A program made the translations under genes and the position numbers. The notes under the pieces were generated by a model, which was given only the letters and a program-made list of their open reading frames with translations, was not told where the DNA came from and did no database searches. From Cyanobacteria bacterium MH1_Bin12 (GTDB taxonomy: Bacteria; Cyanobacteriota; Cyanobacteriia; Cyanobacteriales; Cyanobacteriaceae), in the NCBI GenBank assembly GCA_011088145.1, contig JAALKG010000003.1, positions 1-44,699 of the forward strand: a stretch of 44,699 nucleotides of DNA. The letters run 5' to 3'. Below, in pieces: positions 20,263-31,386 of the stretch; positions within the stretch are counted from its first letter, which is position 1, and each line of letters begins with the position of its first letter.

Positions 20263-21126
20263 ATGAAAAATTTAAGAGAATTATTATTTCCAAAAAAAAC
20301 AAAAAATAAAAAAAGTAAAAAAAGTAAAGGACTTCCTCCGATGAAAAGGAGTCCTCGTGGAGTAGAAATTAAAACCGACGCTGAAATTGAAATTATGCGT
20401 ACCTCTGGCAAAATAGTTGCCATTGTTTTAAAAGAAATTAGTGAAATTGCTCAAGCAGGGATGACAACTGCTGATTTGGATGCCCATGCAGAAAAAAGAA
20501 TTAGAGAAATGGGAGCAACTCCTAGTTTCAAAGGTTATCATGGGTTTCCTGCATCTATTTGTTCTTGTATTAATGATGAAGTCGTTCATGGCATTCCTAG
20601 CGATGAGAAAGTGATCAAAATGGGAGATATTATCAAAATTGATACAGGTGCTTTTTATGAAGGTTATCATGGGGATTCTTGTATTACTGTTCCCATTGGT
20701 AAAGTAAAACGTAGTACTCTGAAGCTATTGGAAGTAGCAGAAAATGCGATGTATAAAGGAATTGCTCAAGTAAAATCGGGTAATTGCTTGATGGATATTG
20801 CTGGTGAGATTCAAGACTATGTAGAAGCTCATGGTTTTTCGGTGGTGGAAAATTTTGTCGGCCATGGTGTAGGACGTAATTTGCACGAAGAGCCTTCAGT
20901 TTTTAATGTGCGAACTAGAGATTTGCCTAACGTACAATTAAAGACTGGAATGACATTAGCGATCGAACCAATTGTTAATATGGGTAGTAAACAGACTCGT
21001 ACTTTAAAAGATCATTGGACAGTCGTAACAATTGATAAACAACTATCTGCACAGTTTGAACATACTGTTTTAGTGACAGATAATGGTTATGAAATTTTGA
21101 CAAATCGGGAAAATCTGGAAAAATAA
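20263..21126 (+). CDS. map: Type I methionyl aminopeptidase with Lys-rich N-terminal extension
   Basis: 287 aa. MetAP blocks [36 protein letters not shown] and EHTVLVT. The N-terminus [12 protein letters not shown] is encoded by an A-rich tract. Confidence 0.9.
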   Translation: MKNLRELLFPKKTKNKKSKKSKGLPPMKRSPRGVEIKTDAEIEIMRTSGKIVAIVLKEISEIAQAGMTTADLDAHAEKRIREMGATPSFKGYHGFPASICSCINDEVVHGIPSDEKVIKMGDIIKIDTGAFYEGYHGDSCITVPIGKVKRSTLKLLEVAENAMYKGIAQVKSGNCLMDIAGEIQDYVEAHGFSVVENFVGHGVGRNLHEEPSVFNVRTRDLPNVQLKTGMTLAIEPIVNMGSKQTRTLKDHWTVVTIDKQLSAQFEHTVLVTDNGYEILTNRENLEK

Positions 21127-21264
21127 TTTATTTTTTTTGCCAATAGTTTTATTTTAGACAATAATAAAATCTAAGCGTTATTTTTTTGTTTTCATATTCT
21201 TTAAACCTACTAAAGAGCAATGATAAACAAGAAAATATTCGGAGAAATTAGACGACTAATCGAT

Positions 21265-21320
21265 CAACTATCAACTATCAACTATCAACTATCAACTATC
21301 AACTATCAACTATCAACTAT
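21265..21320. repeat. Heptamer tandem array (CAACTAT) x8, perfect
   Basis: Direct reading. Ends 4 nt before the ATG at 21325. Gives the artefactual QLSTINY repeats in ORF 21220..22038. Confidence 0.9.
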
Positions 21321-21324
21321 CAAA

Positions 21325-22038
21325 ATGTCCTCAATTAAAATAGTACCCGATCGTCAAATATTAGTAGATCAAGCCTCAGAATTAATTATTACCAAAATAA
21401 AAGAAGCGATCGCTAAAAAAGGAATTTGTACCATAGCCTTAGCAGGTGGTAGCACACCTAAACCCATTTACGAAAATATTGCCAAAGCCAAGTTATCTTG
21501 GGAGAAAATCCATGTTTTTTGGGGTGATGAACGTTATGTATTACCAACTCATCCTGATAGCAATTATAAAATGAGCGATGAGGCATGGTTAAGTAAAGTT
21601 GATTTTCCAGCTAGTAATATTCATCAAGTACCCACCGATGCTAATAATCCCCAATTAGATGCGGATAAACATAATCAAGAATTGTTAGACTTTTTTGATG
21701 TTGCCCAAGGTAATCCTTGTTTTGATATCATTTTATTGGGCATGGGTGATGATGGGCATACTGCTTCTCTTTTCCCTTATACAGATGCTTTAAAAGTTAG
21801 CGATCGTCTAGTTACGGTTGGTAATAAAGGAGATAATCAACGTATAACCTTTACCGTACCATTAATTAACAACGCCAACTGTGTAATTTTCTTGGTATCG
21901 GGAGCGAATAAACAACAAGCCTTACTCGAAGTTTTTAGTCAAGAAGCTGATAGTAATCAATATCCCAGTAAGCTAATTCAACCTCAAGGAGAATTAATTT
22001 GGTTGATCGACCAAATAGCAGGAGCTAAAATAGAATAA
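21325..22038 (+). CDS. pgl: 6-phosphogluconolactonase
   Basis: From MSSIKIVPD. Blocks LAGGSTPKPIYE, VFWGDERYV and LLGMGDDGHTASLFP. The upstream in-frame extension is only the heptamer array. Confidence 0.85.
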   Translation: MSSIKIVPDRQILVDQASELIITKIKEAIAKKGICTIALAGGSTPKPIYENIAKAKLSWEKIHVFWGDERYVLPTHPDSNYKMSDEAWLSKVDFPASNIHQVPTDANNPQLDADKHNQELLDFFDVAQGNPCFDIILLGMGDDGHTASLFPYTDALKVSDRLVTVGNKGDNQRITFTVPLINNANCVIFLVSGANKQQALLEVFSQEADSNQYPSKLIQPQGELIWLIDQIAGAKIE

Positions 22039-22365
22039 TTTAAAAAAATATTGATAGCAGAATTCTCAAATATGAAGAAATTGTAAAAGTTCAAAGTAAA
22101 ATAGGTATAGTATTTTCTTTTTTGAAAAGCATTTTAAACCCTTGACCAAAATATTTCATCCTGTTGCTGAAGCATTCATATCGTCTTCGTGGGAGGCATT
22201 ATGCTTCGCACTCAAGATGAGGTTTGAAATCGCCTTTATTCTATAAATAAAAATATTTTCTTGGTTTCAGAACTAAAATCCTTGTTTTATAATAGTTTCA
22301 AATTAAATTATCAATAACTTCATAAATCTTAGCAGCGCTATATAAAAAATTAAAATAAAAAAATC

Positions 22366-22833
22366 ATGAATAATTCTGCTAATGAATCTAATAATTCCCC
22401 TGAAATAATTACCAATGTAGTTAAAGATTGTAATACTTTACCCACAAAACCCATTTCATCACAGACTAATCCTTTGGGCAGCCCACCTACACATATTCAA
22501 ACCTTGTTAGCCACTTTAGTTCATGTACAAACGAAAGTAGAATTAGAACTACCCATTCATTTTACCGTAATTCATATTGGTAAACCCAATGAAGAAGTAC
22601 CTCCAAACGTTGATGTATCTGGGTTTCCCCATTCACAAGTAGTGTCTCGTATTCATGCGAATATTATTCGAGACGGAGATGATTTTTATATTGAAGATAA
22701 GGGCAGTGCCAATGGTACTTACATTAATCATACTCCTTTACCCGTGGGAAATCGTCATCGTTTAAAAACAGGCGATCGCATTGCCTTAGGAAAAGAAGAT
22801 AAAGTTAGTTTTATCTTTCAATTAAAAGTTTAA
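22366..22833 (+). CDS. FHA domain-containing protein
   Basis: 155 aa. C-terminal FHA signature IHIGK....VSRIHANIIRDGDDFYIEDKGSANGTYINHTPL...HRLKTGDRIALG. Confidence 0.8.
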   Translation: MNNSANESNNSPEIITNVVKDCNTLPTKPISSQTNPLGSPPTHIQTLLATLVHVQTKVELELPIHFTVIHIGKPNEEVPPNVDVSGFPHSQVVSRIHANIIRDGDDFYIEDKGSANGTYINHTPLPVGNRHRLKTGDRIALGKEDKVSFIFQLKV

Positions 22834-23095
22834 CGACTCCTCACCGTAAACAGTCAAGGATTCAAATTTAGTAATTACTGGCTAAAAACTACCAATAACC
22901 TGAAAATTGATTTTGAACAAAATCTGATAATTAATAGTTTATATAGCAGAGAACTGGTTAATTCGGATATTGATAATTCCTAAAAGTATTGCTGTATCGA
23001 GATTTTAACCTTTGTCCTTTGCTATAGTTAATGGTGACAGACCTCAATTATTAATCTTAGAATTGTGTCTATTCCCATCTATATTGTAAAAAGTA

Positions 23096-23124
23096 TTGAC
23101 ATTGTGGCAAAAAAAAGAGATAAT
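23096..23124 (+). promoter_or_regulatory. Sigma70-type promoter candidate for purA
   Basis: TTGACA (23096..23101), 17-nt spacer, GATAAT (23119..23124), about 36 nt upstream of the purA start. Confidence 0.4.
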
Positions 23125-23159
23125 AATAGTTTGTGTAAACTTTAGCACTATAAAAAATC

Positions 23160-24494
23160 TTGGCTAACGTTATCATAATCGGAGCCCAGTGGGGCGACGA
23201 AGGAAAAGGAAAAATAACCGATTTACTCAGTAAGTCAGCAGACGTAGTGGTTCGCTCTCAAGGGGGAGTGAATGCTGGTCATACCGTCGTAGTAAATGAT
23301 CAGACCTTTAAGTTACACTTGATCCCCTCAGGAATCTTATATCCTGAAACCGAGTGTATTATTGGTTCGGGAACTGTAATTGATCCAGAGGAACTTTTAC
23401 AGGAAATAGATCAACTCATCGAACTGAACATCTCTATAGATAATTTATTTATCTCTCAAACTGCTCATTTAACGATGCCCTACCATCGTATTTTAGATCA
23501 AGCGGCAGAAGAGAAAAGAGGAAAATATAAGATTGGCACTACAGGTAGAGGTATCGGTCCTACTTATTCGGATAAAGCCGAAAGAATTGGTTTGCGTATG
23601 CTCGATTTAATCGAGTGCGATCGTCATCCCGATAAAATAGAATGGACAGTTAACTATAAAAATGCGGTTCTTGAAAAATTATATGGGTTACCGCCCCTCA
23701 ATGCTAAAGAAATCCTTGAAGAATATAGAGGTTACGCCGAACGTTTACGTCCTTATATCATTGACAGTTCATTAAGAATTGATCAAGCTGTTAGGAAGAA
23801 AAAAAATATCTTATTTGAAGGTGCTCAAGGAACACTTTTAGATTTAGATCATGGTACTTATCCTTATGTGACATCCTCCAATCCTATTGCAGGCGGAGCT
23901 TGTGTCGGTGCAGGTGTAGGGCCTACTATTATCGATCGCATCATTGGTGTAGCAAAAGCTTATACCACTCGTGTAGGGGAAGGCCCTTTTCCTACAGAAC
24001 TAGATGATGATATTGGTCTTCATTTAGGCGATCGAGGAGCCGAATTTGGTACAACTACAGGTCGTCGTCGTCGTTGTGGTTGGTTTGACGGCGTAATTGG
24101 TAGATATGCCGCTAGAATTAACGGTTTAGACTGTTTAGCGATAACCAAACTTGATGTACTCGATGAATTAGATGAAATCAAAGTTTGTGTTGGCTATGAA
24201 ATAGATGGTGAAATATCGAAAGAATTTCCCACCCATGCAAGTCAATTTGCCAATTGTAAACCACTGTATGAAACCCTAGAGGGGTGGCAACAGTCCACTA
24301 GTGATTGTCGTACTTTGGATGAATTACCGAAAAAAGCATTAGAATATTTAAAATTTTTGGCTGGATTGATGGGATTGCCCATCGCCATTGTTTCTTTAGG
24401 AGCTAGTAGAGATCAGACTATTATTGTCGAAGATCCCATTCATGGTCCCAAAAGAGCATTGTTAAATGCCAACGGAGACCCGATTAATTCTTGA
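23160..24494 (+). CDS. purA: Adenylosuccinate synthase
   Basis: 444 aa, TTG start. [12 protein letters not shown]-loop, GTTGRGIGP, and [22 protein letters not shown]. Confidence 0.92.
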   Translation: MANVIIIGAQWGDEGKGKITDLLSKSADVVVRSQGGVNAGHTVVVNDQTFKLHLIPSGILYPETECIIGSGTVIDPEELLQEIDQLIELNISIDNLFISQTAHLTMPYHRILDQAAEEKRGKYKIGTTGRGIGPTYSDKAERIGLRMLDLIECDRHPDKIEWTVNYKNAVLEKLYGLPPLNAKEILEEYRGYAERLRPYIIDSSLRIDQAVRKKKNILFEGAQGTLLDLDHGTYPYVTSSNPIAGGACVGAGVGPTIIDRIIGVAKAYTTRVGEGPFPTELDDDIGLHLGDRGAEFGTTTGRRRRCGWFDGVIGRYAARINGLDCLAITKLDVLDELDEIKVCVGYEIDGEISKEFPTHASQFANCKPLYETLEGWQQSTSDCRTLDELPKKALEYLKFLAGLMGLPIAIVSLGASRDQTIIVEDPIHGPKRALLNANGDPINS

Positions 24495-24603
24495 GTAACT
24501 CCCATTATATAATTTAATTTTGTCGTCATAGTTAGCCTGAAAATTAATTTCTGCCGAGAAATATTAATAACATTAAAACTTATAAGGAAATTAGGTAAAA
24601 AAA

Positions 24604-25167
24604 ATGGAAATAACCTTAGAATGTCAGGCTAGACCTGAAGCTAGTAAACCTCGAGCATTACGTAGAGAAGGATTGATTCCTGCTAATTTATATGGTCATA
24701 AAGGTGCAGAATCAATGTCTTTGGTATTCGGTCAAAAACAAGCCATTAATCTGTTAAAAAAAGCATCTTTGAATAATACTTTAATTGACTTAACCATTTC
24801 TGATCTTGATTGGAAAGGAACAGTTTTAATTAGAGAAGTTCAATCCCATCCTTGGAAACGTACTGTGCATCATATTAGCTTTTTCTGCCCTTCTGCGGAT
24901 AAAGAAGTTGAAGTAATTGTACCGTTAAAAATTGTGGGTAAATCAGTTGGTATTGCTCAAGGTGGTATCTTAGAGAAATCATCAACACAAGTCAAAATTC
25001 GCTGTTTACCCGATCAAATTTTAGACTTTTTGGAGATGGATATCACTAATATTGATATTGGTCAACGCTTTCAAGTTAGCGATTTAGTTCTTCCTGAGGG
25101 ACTGGTTGTATTAGATGACCCTAATAAGAATTTGATCGGTATTGCTGCACCTCGTAAAAAAGAGTAA
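24604..25167 (+). CDS. rplY: 50S ribosomal protein L25 / general stress protein Ctc
   Basis: 187 aa. RALRREGLIPANLYG at the N-terminus and the two-domain Ctc-type length. Confidence 0.85.
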   Translation: MEITLECQARPEASKPRALRREGLIPANLYGHKGAESMSLVFGQKQAINLLKKASLNNTLIDLTISDLDWKGTVLIREVQSHPWKRTVHHISFFCPSADKEVEVIVPLKIVGKSVGIAQGGILEKSSTQVKIRCLPDQILDFLEMDITNIDIGQRFQVSDLVLPEGLVVLDDPNKNLIGIAAPRKKE

Positions 25168-25200
25168 AGCTCAATACTTTGATCTTTTCCAATATAGAAG

Positions 25201-25234
25201 CCGTTTACTAAAATTGTTTAGTAGACGGTTTTTT
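25201..25234 (+). terminator. Rho-independent terminator after rplY
   Basis: CCGTTTACTAAA / TTTAGTAGACGG 12-bp stem (one G-U pair), 4-nt loop, followed by TTTTTT. Confidence 0.7.
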
Positions 25235-25250
25235 ATCATCAAGGTCAATC

Positions 25251-25271
25251 AGAATTGAGAATTGAGAATGA
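25251..25271. repeat. Heptamer tandem array (AGAATTG) x2 plus a variant
   Basis: tcAGAATTGAGAATTGAGAATGAat. The same 25-nt motif occurs at 37612, 19743 and (complement) 7801. Confidence 0.8.
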
Positions 25272-25444
25272 ATGGTCGATAACCTCTTTTCTTTGGGTAT
25301 AAACTATCTCTGATTATTATTTCAATAAATGAAAATCTTGCATTGGTAAATATTGGCAAATATATTACTCTGATTAAGTTTTAATACTTTATCCAGTTAA
25401 GATGAAAGACGCTATAGTAAAAATAAATTTTAAAAATCAAGCAG

Positions 25445-25687
25445 ATGGATAATCCTTTTTTTGACCCCAATAATCAATCAGATGTTATACAGGATGATAA
25501 TTCTTTTGACAGGGAAGAAGATAAACCTATATCCCCACAAACGAAAAAAACCATGCAAAAATTATTTACTGTTCTTATCAGTATTGGTTTAATTATCGGA
25601 ATTATTTCTTCTTGGGTAATTGTTAAATTGATGAACAAATATGGTTTAACAGAAAAAACAAATCAATTAGAACCAATCCAAAAATAA
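25445..25687 (+). CDS. Hypothetical small membrane protein
   Basis: 80 aa. Acidic N-terminus and one clear TM helix (LFTVLISIGLIIGIISSWVIV). No family recognised. Confidence 0.45.
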   Translation: MDNPFFDPNNQSDVIQDDNSFDREEDKPISPQTKKTMQKLFTVLISIGLIIGIISSWVIVKLMNKYGLTEKTNQLEPIQK

Positions 25688-25940
25688 TAAATATGAATTC
25701 AAAATTACTATTAATCGATCGACTAATTAACTAAATTAAAATCAATTATATATTTCTTTTCTATTGTCCTATTGATCGATGTAAACTTTTATCTGTGTAC
25801 GTTTAAAATACTTTTTTAATAATTATTGCAAACAAATTATCTACGGTTCATAAATCTGAGAAACGCTATATAATGAAGGTTAAAATCACCAAATTTTAGA
25901 ATTTGTTAGTTTTTTTGATTACTTAATTGGGAATAATATT

Positions 25941-27182
25941 ATGCCTCAATATGAAGGTATTAGAGTGAGTAATGAATTTATTAATCTTTGTGAAGCTCAA
26001 TTAAGTTTACTATTTCATGATTTTGTTGTACAGGAAACTGCAATTTATTTAACGGATAATTATCATCAAGAACCTAAATTGATTCCAATTATCGTTTATC
26101 CTGATTCTTCTCGTACATCAGAAAACAATTTATTGCCTTCTTTTTCTCAAACGTTAATAAATGAAGGGGTGATTGACGTATTGGATAATACTTTGGAAGA
26201 ACAAATTTTTTCCGAGCAAGAGATTAATAGCGATGCATCCAATCAATTAGTTTTACCCCTAATGTATGAAGATATTGTTTTTGGTTTACTCGCTACTACC
26301 AGAAAAAATCAGTCTTGGCAATCCCATGAAATTTTAAAAATCAAGGAAATGGCCCAAACTTTAGCCATTGCTCGTTTACTCGAACAAAAACAACAAGTAT
26401 TAGAAACTAAATATAATAATTTACAAGAGTTACAAGATTTAAAAAATGAGCATTTGGATGATTTTCTTCATCAACTAAAAAATCCTCTTACTGCTATTCG
26501 TACGTTTGCTAAATTGTTGTTAAGAACTATTTTACCTGATGATCCTAGTCACCATACTAGTCAAAGTATAATTCGAGAAAGCGATCGCTTAAAAGATTTA
26601 ATTACAGATTTTAATCAACAATGGCAACGACCTCACAGTAATACTGTCACCCTAGCTGGAAATCAATCCACTAGTTTTTTCTTGACCGAACATATAGAAT
26701 TATTAACTAAATTTGACATAATTGAAGTTCTCATTCCTATTATTGAAACCATCGAAATTATTGCCGCCGAAAAAAATATTCAAATTTATCGTAATCTAAA
26801 TAATTCTTTACCTTTAGTAATTAGTAATCAAAAAGCTCTAACTGAAATAATCAATAATTTGCTAGAAAATGCGGTTAAATATACTCCTGAAAAGGGTTCA
26901 ATTTTAATAGAAATAGACATCAATAAAAATAACTTAATCCAAATTAAAATTTTTGATACAGGTTATGGTATTCCCTTAGAAGATCAAGCTCATATATTTG
27001 AAAGACATTACCGAGGATTCCAAGAAGCAATACAGATAAAAGGTAGTGGTTTAGGACTTGCGATCGTCAAAGAACTATGCGACAAAATCAATCTCAATAT
27101 TACGATGATTAGTCCTTATTTTTGGTTACAAAATCAACAATATAACGGGACACAATTTTGCTTAACTTTTATGGAAAAATAA
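25941..27182 (+). CDS. GAF-domain sensor histidine kinase (Hik2/CSK-like)
   Basis: 413 aa, soluble. N-terminal GAF-like region, H-box FLHQLKNPLTAIRTFAKLL, N-box LLENAVKYTP, G-boxes DTGYGIP and GSGLGLAIV. The Hik2 resemblance rests on architecture and the H-box, from memory. Confidence 0.7.
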   Translation: MPQYEGIRVSNEFINLCEAQLSLLFHDFVVQETAIYLTDNYHQEPKLIPIIVYPDSSRTSENNLLPSFSQTLINEGVIDVLDNTLEEQIFSEQEINSDASNQLVLPLMYEDIVFGLLATTRKNQSWQSHEILKIKEMAQTLAIARLLEQKQQVLETKYNNLQELQDLKNEHLDDFLHQLKNPLTAIRTFAKLLLRTILPDDPSHHTSQSIIRESDRLKDLITDFNQQWQRPHSNTVTLAGNQSTSFFLTEHIELLTKFDIIEVLIPIIETIEIIAAEKNIQIYRNLNNSLPLVISNQKALTEIINNLLENAVKYTPEKGSILIEIDINKNNLIQIKIFDTGYGIPLEDQAHIFERHYRGFQEAIQIKGSGLGLAIVKELCDKINLNITMISPYFWLQNQQYNGTQFCLTFMEK

Positions 27183-27292
27183 TTTTTAAAATAAAATTAT
27201 AAAAATAAATACTCAATTTAAAAAACTCAATTTATCCTTGAATTAGCAATGCATTGTTAAACTAATAAAATAAATAATTCACAAAAAATTAT

Positions 27293-28165
27293 ATGGAAAC
27301 TTACAAAATCGGTATTATTGGCGGTAGTGGCTTATATAAAATGGAAGCCTTGGAAAATGTCAAAGAAATAACTCTCAATACACCCTTTGGTAAACCCTCC
27401 GATAGCTTTATCGTCGGTACATTAGATGGAGTAGAAGTCGTTTTTTTAGCCCGTCATGGTAGAAATCATCATTTATTACCTTCGGAATTGCCTTTTAGAG
27501 CTAATATTTATGGTTTAAAGCAATTGGGAGTAGAATATCTCATTTCTGCATCGGCAGTGGGTTCATTAAAAGCTGAAATTAAACCTCTAGATTTAGTTAT
27601 ACCAGATCAATTTATCGATCGCACTAAAGATAGAAAAGCAACTTTCTTTGGCAATGGAATAGTTGCTCACATCGCTTTTGGTCATCCAGTATGTAACATA
27701 TTAGGTAATGTGTTAGCCCAAGCCATAACCAGACTTGATTTACCCAAAATTGACTTACATCATGGTGGTACTTATGTTTGTATGGAAGGGCCCGCCTTTT
27801 CCACCATAGCCGAATCTAACCTTTATCGTAGTTGGAATGCAAGTATCATTGGCATGACCAATTTAACCGAAGCTAAACTAGCCAGAGAAGCCGAAATTGC
27901 CTATGCAACCCTCGCTCTCGTTACCGATTATGACTGTTGGAATCCAGACCATGATCATGTCACCGTGGAAACAATTATTGATAATCTTCATCAAAATGCC
28001 ACCAATGCTCAGAAAGTGATTAGGGAAAGCATCAGATTAATTACTGAAAATCCTTTTGTTAGTCCTGCTCATTCCGCCTTACAATCAGCTATTTTTACTC
28101 CTTTAGATAAAGCACCAACAGAGACTAAAGAGAATTTATCCGTCATATTGAAAAAATATCTGTAA
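27293..28165 (+). CDS. mtnP: S-methyl-5'-thioadenosine phosphorylase
   Basis: 290 aa. [34 protein letters not shown] and [16 protein letters not shown], as in MTAP/PNP family 2. Confidence 0.88.
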   Translation: METYKIGIIGGSGLYKMEALENVKEITLNTPFGKPSDSFIVGTLDGVEVVFLARHGRNHHLLPSELPFRANIYGLKQLGVEYLISASAVGSLKAEIKPLDLVIPDQFIDRTKDRKATFFGNGIVAHIAFGHPVCNILGNVLAQAITRLDLPKIDLHHGGTYVCMEGPAFSTIAESNLYRSWNASIIGMTNLTEAKLAREAEIAYATLALVTDYDCWNPDHDHVTVETIIDNLHQNATNAQKVIRESIRLITENPFVSPAHSALQSAIFTPLDKAPTETKENLSVILKKYL

Positions 28166-28407
28166 ACCATTACTTTTAAAACTTGGAATTGACTGACAAA
28201 AGTAATGATTGAATCGAAAATCAACTCGAAAATAGCAGAAATTTTCTCAATGAATTTGAGATGGATTCTAATTTTGCATAGAGAAATAACAAAGCAAAAA
28301 CTATTTAAGTAATCAAGCGGGTACAAGTAATTGTAAAATTAAACAAGTTTTTAACAAGGAAATCTTTGTTGTCAAACTATGTCTGTGTCTGTCTATTGAT
28401 TTAAGAA

Positions 28408-29247
28408 ATGCTTGTTAGAAAAAAAATTGATTACTATTTAATCACTGCCATTTTATTAATATTCGGGATTGATTTGTTAATTTTCTGGTTCAGTCCCTCG
28501 GTTTTAATCCCTATTACTTGGACAATCCTTAGTCTTAATATCAAAGGATGGATATGTAGTTGGAACCATCATCATCAACATTGTAAGTTTTTTAATCGCC
28601 CTTGGGCAAATCGTTTGCTGGAATTAATGATGGGCTTACATACAGGAATTGTGGGAGAACTTTGGGTTTTACACCACAATCTTGGTCATCATGTTAATTA
28701 TTTAGACCAATCTAAAGATGAATCTGGTTGGAAGACTCGAAAGGGTAAATTAATGTCTCAGCTTGAATACACGATTAAAGTTTCGATGATGGCTTATCCT
28801 ACCGCCTTAACAGTTGGGAAACGTCATCCTAAATCTCGTCGAAGATTAGTCGAAAATATGATCTTGACGGCATTTGTCTTAACCTTATTATCTTGGATTA
28901 ATTGGGTTAACACTGTCATTATTTTCAGAATTCCCATGGTTTTTTTATTACTTATGACAGTTTATGTGACTTATGATCATCATGCGGGATTAGATGATCA
29001 AGATCCTTACCAAGCAACTTATAATATTACTGATCGCTGGTATAACTTTTTTACTTGTAACTTGGGATATCATACTGCTCATCATATTCAATATGGTCGT
29101 CATTGGAGTGAGCTACCAGAATTTCATGAACAAATTAAGGCTAATATTCCTTCTCACTTATACAAAAAAGCTGGGTTTCCTTTTGCTTTAATGACTAGAA
29201 TGGAAAACAAATTTTTGAGATCACGAACAAAAGTATCTAATGTTTGA
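28408..29247 (+). CDS. Fatty acid desaturase-family membrane protein
   Basis: 279 aa with several TM segments and three His boxes (WNHHHQH, HHNLGHH, HTAHHIQ). Confidence 0.7.
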   Translation: MLVRKKIDYYLITAILLIFGIDLLIFWFSPSVLIPITWTILSLNIKGWICSWNHHHQHCKFFNRPWANRLLELMMGLHTGIVGELWVLHHNLGHHVNYLDQSKDESGWKTRKGKLMSQLEYTIKVSMMAYPTALTVGKRHPKSRRRLVENMILTAFVLTLLSWINWVNTVIIFRIPMVFLLLMTVYVTYDHHAGLDDQDPYQATYNITDRWYNFFTCNLGYHTAHHIQYGRHWSELPEFHEQIKANIPSHLYKKAGFPFALMTRMENKFLRSRTKVSNV

Positions 29248-29274
29248 TTAACTTTTTATTTGTATTAGAAATTA

Positions 29275-29299
29275 GGGTGTAAGTTTTGCACCCTTTCTT
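29275..29299 (+). terminator. Rho-independent terminator candidate
   Basis: GGGTGT / GCACCC stem with a short loop, followed by TTTCTT, 28 nt after the stop at 29245..29247. Confidence 0.5.
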
Positions 29300-29483
29300 A
29301 ATAGAATTTTATATTAGTGCGATCGCCAAAAATGAATTGGTGAGTCAAACCAAGATTTTATCAGATTTATCTTTGTCCCTTACTATGTTTTGTTTGGCTC
29401 TGATCTATTATTCGACAATATATAGCAGAAAATGGGTTGATTAGGACATTGATTATTTCTGAAAGTATTGCTATGCCTAGACT

Positions 29484-30875
29484 TTAATCTTTATCCTTCG
29501 CTATATCTACTCTTAACAGATAAGTAAGAATTGCCGCGATAATACAAAAAGCCCCTAAACTATACAACAAGATTGATAGTCCCACTTTCTCTTGCAATAT
29601 TGGTAACAGAAAAACCCCGACAACGGCTCCACTTTTAGCGATACCAGCGGATAAACCTGCACCACTAGCACGAATTGCCGTAGGAAATACTTCTCCAGAT
29701 AACAAAAAAGTGGTAGCGTTAGGTCCTGCATTCATGGATAAATTAAAGAGGAAAAAACCTGAAAAAATGAAAATTAAATTATGAGTTTCTAGCAAATTAT
29801 TATTTCCTGATATTGCTAGTAAATAAAGTCCGATTGCCATTCCTAAAAAACCAATTATTTGTAAAGCAAATAGACCAATTTTGTCTACAAATAAAACCGC
29901 TATTAAAAAACCAATTATTAAAAAAATATCGACGATCGCAGAACCTTGAGCCAAATGTACTTGACGTAATAAAAAATCATCCTGACTTTGAAAAGCTAAA
30001 GTAGCAATAATCGTGGGAGTAAAGATCCCAATACCATAGGTTGCTATATCTTGAAGAAACCAAGGAACAGAAGCTAACAGAGTATTTTTCAAGTATTTAG
30101 ATGACAATAAATCAGTATAATTAACTTTTTTATTTTGAGGTTGTGGATCAGTTTTAGGAGTTATTTTAATCTTTTTTCCTAACAATTCTGTTGCCGCTAA
30201 TTGAGCTTCTTGATATTCTCCTCTAGCAATATGATAAATAGGACTTTCTAATAAAAATTGTAAGCGAAAAATACCAATTAAAATGGCAAATAATAAGCCA
30301 ATTGCAAATATAAATCGCCAACCATATTGAACGATAAATAGACTTGTAGTTGGTAGAAAAATTTGACAACATTCAATAGTAATAATTCCTGTTAATGCAC
30401 CCAACAAAGCACCAACTGCCTGAAAAGTGAATGCACCAATAACCATTTTTCCTCGTAAGCGGGAGGGGACATTTTCGGTGATATAAGAGACGGTAATGGG
30501 ATAATCTGCCCCAATACCAATGCCCACTAAAAAGCGAAAGAAAATCAATGAATATGCGTCCCAAGCAACAACAGTTCCTGCACTAGCAACTATAAAAATG
30601 AATACATCAATTAACAGCATTTTTTGTCTGCCAATTTTGTCTGTAATGGGGCCTAAAACTAATGAGCCTATTAACGAACCTGCGATCGCAGCAACAGCAA
30701 TTGAACCAATTTGAGTAGAAGACAAATTAAAGTCTTTTTCTAAAAAAGGTAAAGCAATTCCAATAATAAAAAAATCAAAACCATCGAGGGCGATTAATCC
30801 TGCTGATAAAATCCATAGTAACCACATCGATCGAGTTAATTTAGATTCATCTAAAACTTTGACAAAATTACTCAT
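29484..30875 (-). CDS. MFS transporter (sugar-porter-like)
   Basis: 463 aa, about 12 TM segments. MFS loop motif GPITDKIGRQKM between TM2 and TM3, and a central cytoplasmic loop. Confidence 0.8.
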   Translation of the reverse strand: MSNFVKVLDESKLTRSMWLLWILSAGLIALDGFDFFIIGIALPFLEKDFNLSSTQIGSIAVAAIAGSLIGSLVLGPITDKIGRQKMLLIDVFIFIVASAGTVVAWDAYSLIFFRFLVGIGIGADYPITVSYITENVPSRLRGKMVIGAFTFQAVGALLGALTGIITIECCQIFLPTTSLFIVQYGWRFIFAIGLLFAILIGIFRLQFLLESPIYHIARGEYQEAQLAATELLGKKIKITPKTDPQPQNKKVNYTDLLSSKYLKNTLLASVPWFLQDIATYGIGIFTPTIIATLAFQSQDDFLLRQVHLAQGSAIVDIFLIIGFLIAVLFVDKIGLFALQIIGFLGMAIGLYLLAISGNNNLLETHNLIFIFSGFFLFNLSMNAGPNATTFLLSGEVFPTAIRASGAGLSAGIAKSGAVVGVFLLPILQEKVGLSILLYSLGAFCIIAAILTYLLRVDIAKDKD

Positions 30876-31386
30876 TTATTCTGATAAATTATTCTTTTTG
30901 AAGATGATCAATATTTACGATTCGATCTTATTACTGTTTTCATCTTCTTAGTTAAAGATTCTCTGATGACCTTTGATCTTAGGTTAGATAGACAATTTTT
31001 ATTAAGTCATTATACCTAATATTTCTCAATTTACTGATTAAAAAACATAGAAGTCTAAGTTATATTATCCTTTGATAAGATTATTTAAAACAAGTAATTC
31101 AAGATAAAATTAAGACTTTTTACCACTAATAATAAACAGATAAAAAAACATTTTAACTATTAAATTAAAAAGCTAAAATAAATTTACTTTTTAAAGTATC
31201 AGTAATCAACTGCATAAAGCTTATATTTTTACTAGAAAACAACTAAAAATATGCTAAAATTAAGACTGAAAATATTAGTCTTAAAGGCTTAATTGTTAGG
31301 AGCTATCAATATCTCAGATTCGTATCTGAATCCTAGGAATGAAAACATAGAGTAGCACGAATGTAACTTGCTCTCTAAAATTCATT

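Noticed and set aside
20281-20340. A-rich homopolymer tract encoding the [13 protein letters not shown]-terminus of MetAP, considered as a slippage or frameshift site.
   Set aside because: The frame is intact from ATG 20263 into the conserved domain. N-terminally extended MetAP isoforms are normal in cyanobacteria.
21220-21324. N-terminal extensions through heptamer arrays: QLSTINY repeats before pgl, and [12 protein letters not shown] before gyrA at 31368..31421.
   Set aside because: The extensions consist only of the repeat array. Conserved protein sequence starts at the internal ATGs (21325 and 31422).
22169-22207. GAAGCAT ... ATGCTTC stem in the 326-bp spacer after pgl, considered as a possible sRNA.
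   Set aside because: A 7-bp stem with a 25-nt loop, no recognisable promoter/terminator pair, and no match to any ncRNA family I know.
28167-28206. 10-bp inverted repeat CATTACTTTT / AAAAGTAATG right after mtnP.
   Set aside because: AT-only stem with a 20-nt loop and no U-tract. Possibly a weak terminator, but not supportable.
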